32,000 nucleotides of DNA from assembly GCA_052445935.1 (NCBI GenBank), contig JBQTCH010000003.1; one strand, given 5' to 3'. Source of the DNA: Rhodopseudomonas sp. NSM (GTDB lineage Bacteria; Pseudomonadota; Alphaproteobacteria; Rhizobiales; Xanthobacteraceae). A program made the position numbers and the translations under genes. The notes under the pieces were generated by a model. That model saw nothing but the letters and a program-made list of their open reading frames with translations, was not told where the DNA came from and made no database searches. Of this stretch, positions 1-6,507 are shown piece after piece (the stretch's first letter is position 1; each line of letters opens with the position of its first letter).

Positions 1-294
1 AGCCGCATGGGCATCGGAACGGGTCCTTTCGCCGCAGAGTCGCTTCCTGCACGGGGACCAGATCGAAACTTCACGGCGGATGAGCATAGGGGAATCAACC
101 GTATCGGGTTGGAGACGGGTTGCCAGACGTGCGGTACCCGCGATCCAGGGACGCCACGTGGAAATTTTGTCATCGACCATCAGCCGCCGACTGCCCTAAA
201 TTCCATCGGTCTTGCTCAGCGCCTATACCCGCAGTGTCTATCGTGCAGCTTGAAGCAAGGCGGATATGTCTCCTATCTGAAAGGACGTCGCTAG
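1..294 (+). CDS. Polymorphic toxin, C-terminal part only (5' end lies outside the window); zinc-ribbon HNH endonuclease domain
   Basis: Frame +1 is open from nt 1. TGCQTCG...NFVIDHQPP...YPQCLSCSLKQG gives the CxxC / DHxxP / CxxC-x-K layout of classical HNH nucleases. Hand alignment to the C-terminus of 4945..5808 gives about two-thirds identity over ~79 aa. The TAG stop at 292-294 is followed 1 nt later by a small ORF that is paralogous to the one after 4945..5808. Confidence 0.6.
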   Translation, partial: SRMGIGTGPFAAESLPARGPDRNFTADEHRGINRIGLETGCQTCGTRDPGTPRGNFVIDHQPPTALNSIGLAQRLYPQCLSCSLKQGGYVSYLKGRR

Positions 295-295
295 A

Positions 296-664
296 ATGCC
301 CGTCTCATGCGACATAGCCCCGTTGAATTCGCTTGTCCTCATTCACGGCGCGCGTGGGTGGACGCCTCCGTTGCCTGTCGATGGTCAATTGATTTGGTCG
401 ACGCCGAGCTGCGTCGCAACTGCCTGCTTTCCGGAGGTCGAGGGGCCGACAAAGATCGTCATGGGAGCTGCGCCGGAGGTGAACCCTGGCACGGACCCGG
501 TTTTCACCGGGCTACTCGAAACGCCGGACCGGCTTGTCACCATCAGCACCGTTTCCGATGATAGCCCTATCCTGTCGTACGAGACACCCGATGTCGTCAC
601 AACAGTCAGAATTTGGCACAGTCATCCTCGGTGGCCGGAGATTGTCACGGTTGGGCTTGGCTGA
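296..664 (+). CDS. Putative cognate immunity protein (122 aa) for the HNH toxin at 1..294
   Basis: The ATG lies 1 nt after the toxin stop. It has the same length as 5815..6183 and colinear similarity to it (shared IW-S/A-TPSC, VR-I/V-W and C-terminal V-x-V-G/L-LG motifs). That paralog occupies the same position after the paralogous toxin. No family was recognised by eye. Confidence 0.6.
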   Translation: MPVSCDIAPLNSLVLIHGARGWTPPLPVDGQLIWSTPSCVATACFPEVEGPTKIVMGAAPEVNPGTDPVFTGLLETPDRLVTISTVSDDSPILSYETPDVVTTVRIWHSHPRWPEIVTVGLG

Positions 665-689
665 GTGAGCTTAACCGCGCCGGCCTACG

Positions 690-1334
690 ATGTCTTCGCT
701 GACCAAGATATTCTCGCAAGTGGATTTGGAAGGGAGCGTGGCTGCGCTGGCAAGTGAAATGAGGAAGAGAACGAGTTCCGACAGATTTCCCTGGGATGGC
801 TGGCCTTCACTAACCGAGTTGGAGCCGCTGTTTCTCGCCCCGGACGATCAGAGGTGGCCCTATTGGAAGGGCTACGATGAGTGGGCGTTGTATATCGAAG
901 GGTTGGACGGCACCGATGGCTTGCCCGATGTCGATCAGGGCAAGGTGTATCTGACGATGACTGGCACGCCCGATTTTGGCGTCATGCTCTCCTACGAAAA
1001 GTGGGACGGGCGAACAATGCAGTCGCAGGATTGTTTCTCCAAGGGCGACATGAGCCGCATCCGGGAATGGCTGCGGACGCTGCATGACGATCTGCGCCCA
1101 ATCGGTCTGTTCATTCCCTACGCGCAAGCCTGGCCCGCCGTGAAGGAGTTCATGGAGCGCGACGGCGAGCTGCCGACCAGCATCGAGTGGGTCGACGCCG
1201 AAGCTTTGCCGCCGAATACGTTTCGCTTTCCGGGATTCTTTCGGCCGGGCCCGGAGCCGCGGGTGCTGCGCGAGGAAGACATCAACGACGAATCGCCGGA
1301 CGGCAGTGATCCGTTCAAATCCTTGCGCGGCTGA
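690..1334 (+). CDS. Hypothetical protein (214 aa), possibly an additional or orphan immunity protein
   Basis: A long ORF on the cassette strand with an acidic, Trp-rich, non-repetitive translation that does not look like a GC-shadow ORF. It lies between an immunity gene and the portal 3' fragment. There is no clear Shine-Dalgarno sequence and no recognised family. Confidence 0.5.
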   Translation: MSSLTKIFSQVDLEGSVAALASEMRKRTSSDRFPWDGWPSLTELEPLFLAPDDQRWPYWKGYDEWALYIEGLDGTDGLPDVDQGKVYLTMTGTPDFGVMLSYEKWDGRTMQSQDCFSKGDMSRIREWLRTLHDDLRPIGLFIPYAQAWPAVKEFMERDGELPTSIEWVDAEALPPNTFRFPGFFRPGPEPRVLREEDINDESPDGSDPFKSLRG

Positions 1335-1335
1335 G

Positions 1336-1485
1336 CGGCGGGCGAACGGTTCTCCCATCGCCCCGCTGGCGAGCGACCGCGTCGCGTTGTGGGAACGCGT
1401 CAGCGCCGCGCGGTTCCTGACGCTCAACGAAAAACGCGAAGCCGTCGGCTACGCGCCGCTGGAGGGCGGCGACCGGCTGGGGTGA
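1336..1485 (+). pseudogene. 3'-terminal fragment of a GTA/HK97-type portal gene (RcGTA g3 equivalent)
   Basis: Frame +1 reads ...IAPLASDRVALWERVSAARFLTLNEKREAVGYAPLEGGDRLG* with the stop at 1483-1485. This matches my memory of the conserved C-terminal end of alphaproteobacterial GTA portal proteins. No start codon or portal body precedes it; the upstream 1.3 kb is toxin/immunity DNA. Confidence 0.5.
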
Positions 1486-1510
1486 GGGCGCTCGGACGAG
1501 GTACGCGAAC

Positions 1511-1732
1511 ATGTCCGACCTGATCAGGACGTTCACCGAGCGCGGCGATCTCGCGCATCTCGCATTGCTGCTGTGGGCCTTTGCGGCGTCGGCGGGGCTG
1601 TGGTTCGCGCTGCGCGAGCTGGCGGCGGCGTCGCGGCGGTTCGACGATTTCGTCCACGCGCTGGAATTGTTCAACCGCCGGGCTCGGCGGCGCCGCGCGC
1701 CGGTGGCGCACGACGATGATCCCACCGACTAG
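1511..1732 (+). CDS. Small hypothetical membrane protein (73 aa) in the position of RcGTA g3.5
   Basis: The ATG is preceded by GAGG about 10 nt upstream. There is a hydrophobic stretch LAHLALLLWAFAASAGLWFAL. The link to g3.5 is positional only (between the portal end and the protease). Confidence 0.45.
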   Translation: MSDLIRTFTERGDLAHLALLLWAFAASAGLWFALRELAAASRRFDDFVHALELFNRRARRRRAPVAHDDDPTD

Positions 1733-1741
1733 GAGGCTGCG

Positions 1742-1924
1742 ATGGAGCGACTGCACCAGGTGCTGAGCGCGATCCGCGTCGAGACCAAATCCGCCAGGGA
1801 TCATCACCACGTGTTCCGCGAATTCCTCGACCACCTCGACCAGGCGCAGCGCAAACCGCTGGCCAAGCGCCCGCGGCTCAAGGCCACAGCGACGCGCCGC
1901 CGCGCGGCGAAGCGGGCGAAGTAA
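1742..1924 (+). CDS. Small basic hypothetical protein (60 aa)
   Basis: AGGAGG at 1731-1736 lies 5 nt upstream of the ATG. The C-terminus is Lys/Arg-rich. No recognised family. Confidence 0.45.
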   Translation: MERLHQVLSAIRVETKSARDHHHVFREFLDHLDQAQRKPLAKRPRLKATATRRRAAKRAK

Positions 1925-2100
1925 CAACGCGGCCCCGTGTCCCGCACGCGGTGCAACGCGAAGCGTTGCGCCGCAGATGCGGGACCCCGGTTTCCGCGAT
2001 CGCGGCGTGTCGCGAAACCGGGACCCCGGATCTGCGACGCGGCACTGCGCGCCGCATCGCGTCCGGGGCACGGCTGCAAATCCTTCCGTCGCCTTCAATC
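1925..2100. repeat. Cluster of GC-rich intergenic palindromes (REP-like)
   Basis: A hairpin gcaacgc-gaa-gcgttgc lies at 1953-1969. A long imperfect inverted repeat gcagatgcgggaccccggtttc ... gaaaccgggaccccggatctgc spans 1973-2035. Further short palindromes follow downstream. Confidence 0.45.
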
Positions 2101-2141
2101 GCTCGAACTCGTCATCACTCCGCTCATTTGCGAGGCCGCTG

Positions 2142-2798
2142 ATGCTTGCCCCGTTGTCCGATGCCGGGCTCGCGCCGGCGCGTCTGATGCTGGCTGCCGA
2201 CGGCAGCATCGAAGGCTATGCCAGCCTGTTCGGCGAGATCGACCAGGCGCGCGACATGGTGATGCCGGGCGCGTTCACGCAGACGCTGAAGCACCGCGGT
2301 GTGCGAAAAATCCCGATGCTGTTCCAGCACGACCCGAGCGAGCCGGTCGGAATCTGGCTCGACCTCGTCGAGGATTTTCGCGGCCTCCGCGCGCGCGGCC
2401 GGCTGATCCCCGACGTCGCGCGCGGACGTGAACTCCTTGCATTGCTGCGCGAGGGCGCGATCGACGGGCTGTCGATCGGCTATCGCACCGTGCGCGGCCA
2501 GATCGACCCGAAGACGCGGGTGCGGCGGCTGTATCAGGTCGACCTCTGGGAAATCTCGATCGTCACCTTTCCGCTGCTGAACGGCGCGCGCGTCGGCACC
2601 GTCAAGCAGACGCCGCGCCTGTCGCTGCAACGCCGCGTCGCGGAAGCGGCATGGCGCAGCATGCAGAGCGCGCCATCGCAATCGGCCAGCGCCGCGGATG
2701 CACCGGCGTTGCCCGCGCGGCGCGGGCGGACGGCCCTGACGCTGTCCTCCCGCGCCGATCGCAAGCGCGCCTTCGCAGGGATCAGCCGGAGCCGGTGA
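2142..2798 (+). CDS. HK97-family prohead (capsid maturation) protease, RcGTA g4 equivalent
   Basis: GYASLFGEIDQARDMVMPGAF, MLFQHD, GLSIGY and LWEISIVTFP are motifs typical of HK97/GTA prohead proteases. The internal ATG at 2142 is preferred because 1977-2141 of the tracked ORF overlaps the REP-like palindromes. The 3' end is uncertain because the last ~65 codons are Ala/Arg/Ser-rich low complexity. Confidence 0.85.
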   Translation: MLAPLSDAGLAPARLMLAADGSIEGYASLFGEIDQARDMVMPGAFTQTLKHRGVRKIPMLFQHDPSEPVGIWLDLVEDFRGLRARGRLIPDVARGRELLALLREGAIDGLSIGYRTVRGQIDPKTRVRRLYQVDLWEISIVTFPLLNGARVGTVKQTPRLSLQRRVAEAAWRSMQSAPSQSASAADAPALPARRGRTALTLSSRADRKRAFAGISRSR

Positions 2799-2896
2799 GA
2801 CGCGCTGACCTCGCCGGACCGGCGGGGCTAGGCCGTCCAGCAACTGCGCCCAGGATCAGATCCCTTCACTCACTTCCCGATCGACAGAGCCAACAC

Positions 2897-3631
2897 ATGT
2901 GGCGCGCGACCGAGAGCACCGCGGCGCATCAGCGCGCGCGCTTCATGCAGCCGAATGCGACGCTCTGGATGCGCCCGGACGCCGAGCGTTGGATCAGGCC
3001 CGACGTCGCGCGTTTTCTCGCGCCGGGTGCCCTGCCGGAAGATGTCTTCCCTGCACTGGATCGCAAGTACAACCCAAACCAACCGCGGGTGCCGAAGGGC
3101 AATCCGGACGGCGGCGAGTGGACGCTTGGCGGGCTTGGAGCGCGCTGGTCCATCGATCTGACGGGTGTCCCGTCCGATCTTTCAGGCCGACCCCCGGCTC
3201 GAGTTCGCCTCGCCCAAATAGGCAAGCTGATCACTGATATCTTTGGATTGCCGTATTACGAACCAGGCGGTCATCACGAGGCCGCCAGGGCCATGTACAC
3301 CAAGTGGGACCTTCGACCGGAAACGCGAAAGGTCTTTGACAATTCGACGACGGGTAAGTTACCGAGCGGTAAGTGGGTGTAGTCGTTGGATGGTGGTCTC
3401 CTCCGTGAGCACTATTGGGATAAGCGTCACGCGGCGTACAATAAGGCTGTCGAAGAACTAAGCGAACGCTTTCTTGAAGAGAAGAAAATTACGCCTAAGA
3501 TGATGACGCCACACCAAGCGGAAGAATTGTGCGCGCGGATCAGACTGTCGGAAGTGCCCGAAATCAAAGACTACAACCGCGCGATCCGAATGTTGAGGCA
3601 GGTGTATCGACTTAGATACGGTCGAGAGTAG
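2897..3631 (+). pseudogene. Polymorphic toxin A: conserved N-terminal module plus a GHH-signature HNH/EndoVII-like nuclease domain, interrupted by an in-frame TAG at 3380-3382
   Basis: The ATGTGG start is conserved with 4945 and 6508. The N-terminus reads MWRATESTAAHQRARFMQPNATLWMRPDAERWIRPDVARFLAPG...NQPRVPKGNPDGGEWT. The C-terminal part carries LPYYEPGGHHE. The tracked ORFs 2651..3382 and 3386..3631 are in the same frame and are separated only by the TAG. Together they align colinearly with the single ORF 6508..7116 plus its extension. Confidence 0.7.
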
Positions 3632-3642
3632 CGGAGGTCAAT

Positions 3643-4044
3643 TTGACGAACTCCAGGATCCGTTTCAGTCGCGAAGAATTCGTGCCGCTTTGGACCGCGC
3701 TGCGCGAGCGTATCATCGCTTGTTTCGAAAGCACGGGTAAGATCATCGATCCTTTCGGTCGAAGGGACTTCTGGGTGGTCGACGAGGACCTCGGCGTCGC
3801 GCTGGTGGAAGTCGAGATCATGACACTCGACCTGCTCGATCCGCCGGTGATCTACGCCCTGCGCGACCTGCTGCAAGAGTATCCGGGCTTCGCCATCACC
3901 GTGTCGGTGGTGCCGCCTGGTGGCGCCAAGTGGCCCGGAATGGGCATCTCGCTGTTTCAAGGCGAGATCATCGACGGGTTGAAGCGCTCCTTTCTGCCGC
4001 CGCCCTATCGAAATCTGCACTACCTGGGATCTCGTCCAGAATAG
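3643..4044 (+). CDS. Putative immunity protein for the GHH-type toxin (133 aa)
   Basis: GGAGG at 3633-3637 lies 5 nt before the TTG start, which is 11 nt after the toxin reading frame ends. It is clearly paralogous to 7283..7663 (DFWVVD, VEIM-LDLL-P-VIY-LRDLL, G-IIDGLKR, LP-PY) and more distantly to 4261..4665. Confidence 0.7.
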   Translation: MTNSRIRFSREEFVPLWTALRERIIACFESTGKIIDPFGRRDFWVVDEDLGVALVEVEIMTLDLLDPPVIYALRDLLQEYPGFAITVSVVPPGGAKWPGMGISLFQGEIIDGLKRSFLPPPYRNLHYLGSRPE

Positions 4045-4079
4045 CCGTGTCCGTGCGGCGTCGCGGGACCTGACTGCGT

Positions 4080-4217
4080 TCTTCGACGGTGACCAGCGAA
4101 GATAACCAGCAGCTCGAGTGGCCGGTCCTGAATGCTCGGATCGACCGTATCCGAGATTTCAACCGCGCGATGCGGATGTTAAGGGTCATCGCGAAAATGT
4201 GGCTCGGGCGGGAATGA
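4080..4217 (+). pseudogene. Orphan stub: last ~30-45 codons of a third GHH-type toxin
   Basis: Frame +3 reads ...LNARIDRIRDFNRAMRMLRVIAKMWLGRE* with the stop at 4215-4217. This aligns with the C-terminal ends ...EIKDYNRAIRMLRQVYRLRYGRE* (toxin A) and ...EIRDYNRAIRMLRRVFRWRMGRE* (toxin C). No N-terminal part or start codon is present. Confidence 0.55.
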
Positions 4218-4260
4218 GAGGAGCGGCGACGCGGCTGGCCACAAACGGGAATGGCGGCTG

Positions 4261-4665
4261 TTGCACCATGCCATCGTGCAGGTGATCGACAGTTATGTCT
4301 GCGAGCGCGCGAAAGCTGGTCGCGCGGTCTGGGTGTCTTCGAAACGTAGTCCGGGCTGTTATTCTCAGTTCATCACCTTGTACGACATCCAGTTGTTGCA
4401 GCCGGAGATGCTGGCTGCGTTGCAGACGTTGCTCGCCGGGTATCGCGACTGGTCGATTGAAATCCAGGTTGCTGCCCCGGACGGGGAGCGCACATGGGAT
4501 TGGCGCGACATGACGATCGATATTTCGCACGATCGTATCATCGACCGGCTTCAGCATGATCTGTTGCCACCGCATCTGCGGCAGGTGCGGTTCGGGACGA
4601 CGATCGATGAGTACAACGAGGAGCTCGCCGCGACGGTGCGGCGGCTGATGCGCAAGCCCGTCTAA
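4261..4665 (+). CDS. Orphan immunity-family protein (divergent paralog of 3643..4044 and 7283..7663)
   Basis: It shares ...LYDIQLLQPEMLAALQTLLAGY...IIDRLQHDLLPPHL with the VEIM-LDLLQP...IIDGLKR...LP-PY pattern of the other two. The start is uncertain: only a TTG/CTG is available after the upstream in-frame stop at 4180-4182. Confidence 0.55.
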   Translation: MHHAIVQVIDSYVCERAKAGRAVWVSSKRSPGCYSQFITLYDIQLLQPEMLAALQTLLAGYRDWSIEIQVAAPDGERTWDWRDMTIDISHDRIIDRLQHDLLPPHLRQVRFGTTIDEYNEELAATVRRLMRKPV

Positions 4666-4722
4666 GAAGCGCCTCCCGGCGCCCACCCGCCATAGTACAG
4701 ACAGATCGATACGAAGACACGG

Positions 4723-4880
4723 GTGCGACGGCTGTATCAGGTCGATCTCTGGGCGATCTCGATCGTCACGCTTCCGCTGCTCGCCGGCGCGCGCGTGCCA
4801 CCGTCAAACACACGCCGCTGCAATCGCCGCAGTTCGCGTCATCGCGATCGGCCAGCGCCGCGGATGGACCGGCGCGAGAT
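4723..4880 (+). pseudogene. Duplicated, degenerate 3' end of the prohead protease gene
   Basis: RRLYQVDLWAISIVTLPLLAGARV matches RRLYQVDLWEISIVTFPLLNGARV of the protease (nt ~2521-2592) at 21 of 24 residues. Nucleotide similarity continues with deletions through atcggccagcgccgcggatg. No protease body lies upstream. Confidence 0.7.
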
Positions 4881-4944
4881 CGTAAGGCAGCCACGCGTTC
4901 CATCGGGTCTTTCGCTCCACTCACCAATCAATCGAGGTCGACAC

Positions 4945-5808
4945 ATGTGGCGCTCCAGCGACAGCACCGCCGCGCATCAGCGCGCGCGCTTCATGCAACC
5001 AGATGCGGCACGCTGGATGCGGCCGGATGCCGAGCGATGGATCCGGCCCGATGTCGCGCGCTTTCTCGCGCCCGGCACCGACCCCGCGACGATCTTCCCG
5101 GCGCTCGACCGCAAGTACAGCCCGAACCAGCCGCGGGTACCGGCCGGAAACCCGGATGGCGGGCAGTGGACGAATGGCGAACTGGGAGGAGGGGCTTCGT
5201 CTGCCCGCCCGGGGCGCAATGATCCGCGCGTGATTTCCGACGCTGACCTCGAGCCCGTCAAGCCTGGGCAGCAACACGCTCAAGCGCGCGGGCGGCGCGG
5301 TGGCGGGACGGTCATCATCAACGGCCAGCGGTTCGAATTGACGCCGGGGCAAGGAGCACGGCTGACAGCGGTGCAAGCTCGCGCTGACGCTGCGATCGCT
5401 CGGGTGCGGGAAGCCGAACCCTCGTGGAAGCCGCCCCCCAATGACTACCAGACGCCGGAGGGGATGATCCGGGCCTATGAGGCCGACGCTGCGGTCGCCC
5501 AGGCGAGAATCAATCAATTGGCAGCGGGAGGAGCCCTGCCGGGCCCGTACGCCGGCGAATCAATTTCGGCAAGAGGGCCGAATCGGGATTTTCGAGCTTC
5601 GGAACGACGCGAGATCAATCGAATTGGCGCCGACACCGGCTGCCACACTTGTGGAAAGTTGGAACCCGGGACCAGCCTTGGTAACTTCGTCGCAGACCAC
5701 CAACTCCCGACCAATATCAATCCGATCAGCCGTGCACAGCGTCTCTATCCGCAATGTCTTTCGTGTAGTCGGAAGCAAGGACCGTTTGTCCGCGACCTGA
5801 AGAAGTAG
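4945..5808 (+). CDS. Polymorphic toxin B (287 aa), the only uninterrupted full-length copy: conserved N-terminal module plus linker plus zinc-ribbon HNH endonuclease domain
   Basis: GAGG lies 7 nt upstream of the conserved ATGTGG start. The N-terminal 78 aa differ at only 3 positions from toxin C. The C-terminus TGCHTCG...NFVADHQLP...YPQCLSCSRKQG has the HNH layout and is paralogous to 1..294. An immunity-type ORF follows. Confidence 0.75.
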   Translation: MWRSSDSTAAHQRARFMQPDAARWMRPDAERWIRPDVARFLAPGTDPATIFPALDRKYSPNQPRVPAGNPDGGQWTNGELGGGASSARPGRNDPRVISDADLEPVKPGQQHAQARGRRGGGTVIINGQRFELTPGQGARLTAVQARADAAIARVREAEPSWKPPPNDYQTPEGMIRAYEADAAVAQARINQLAAGGALPGPYAGESISARGPNRDFRASERREINRIGADTGCHTCGKLEPGTSLGNFVADHQLPTNINPISRAQRLYPQCLSCSRKQGPFVRDLKK

Positions 5809-5814
5809 TCCGCC

Positions 5815-6183
5815 ATGAATCAGACCACGAGATGCGCGCCGCCGAATTCGATCGTCTTCCTGGAAGACCCGGCGGGCGGCAAGTCGCCGAAGATCGACGA
5901 TCGCCCGGTGAGCATATGGGCGACACCATCGTGTATCATCGTCGGCACGCTCTGTTCGATGGATGGTGAGACCGAACTGATCGTGTCGGACCAACCGAAT
6001 GATGTGCCGCCGACACGGCCGACGTTCGACAGTTTTCTCCAAACGCCGAGCCGCGTCATCGAGGTGTCGACCTCCGAGCGCGAAATACTCCTGCGCTGTC
6101 CGGTGGAAACACACTTCACCCATGTTCGCGTCTGGACCAACCATCTCAGCGAACCGGACCGGGTTTTGGTCGTGCTCGGGTGA
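5815..6183 (+). CDS. Putative cognate immunity protein (122 aa) for toxin B
   Basis: The ATG lies 6 nt after the toxin stop. It is a paralog of 296..664 with the same length and shared motifs. Confidence 0.65.
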   Translation: MNQTTRCAPPNSIVFLEDPAGGKSPKIDDRPVSIWATPSCIIVGTLCSMDGETELIVSDQPNDVPPTRPTFDSFLQTPSRVIEVSTSEREILLRCPVETHFTHVRVWTNHLSEPDRVLVVLG

Positions 6184-6336
6184 TGGGAGTCGCCGCGGCC
6201 GGTGAGGGGGCGCGGCGAGGGTGCTCGCCCTGACCGCCCCCGCACACGAACGGGGTGGTGCTCTCCGCTTCTGCAACATCGACTAGAGCACTTCATCGAC
6301 TGATAGGATCAACGCGGCATTCTCGAGTGCGGAGTC

Positions 6337-6454
6337 GTCATCCTGAGGCGCGCGCGTAGCGCGCCTTGAAGGATGCGGCGAAGACGCTTGTGGCTCATCC
6401 TTCGAGGCCCGCAGCGCCGCGCATCGCGCGGCCCAGCGTGAACCTCAGGATGAC
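6337..6454. repeat. MITE/REP-like palindromic element, family 1 (gtcatcctgagg ... cctcaggatgac)
   Basis: The 12-bp terminal inverted repeats enclose nested palindromes (gaaggatg ... catccttc). Four copies are present in the window, at 6337, 13059, 14916 and 17132. Confidence 0.8.
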
Positions 6455-6507
6455 GACAGTGATTCCATCAAACCAGAGTTGATCCAACAACGTTCGAGGC
6501 CCGACCG

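Noticed and set aside
1977-2141. An upstream extension of the protease ORF
   Set aside because: The extension is made of REP-like palindromes and translates to Arg/Pro-rich sequence. Protease-family similarity begins after the ATG at 2142.
2651-2896. A longer N-terminal extension of toxin A, as drawn by the ORF track
   Set aside because: The ATGTGG start and the sequence immediately after it are conserved in three copies (2897, 4945, 6508). The upstream stretch is not conserved as protein and overlaps the protease 3' region.
5740-5790. A possible deaminase-type PCxxC motif (YPQCLSCS) in toxins 1..294 and 4945..5808
   Set aside because: There is no upstream H/C-x-E motif. The CxxC ... DHxxP ... 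CxxC-x-K arrangement fits a zinc-ribbon HNH nuclease much better.
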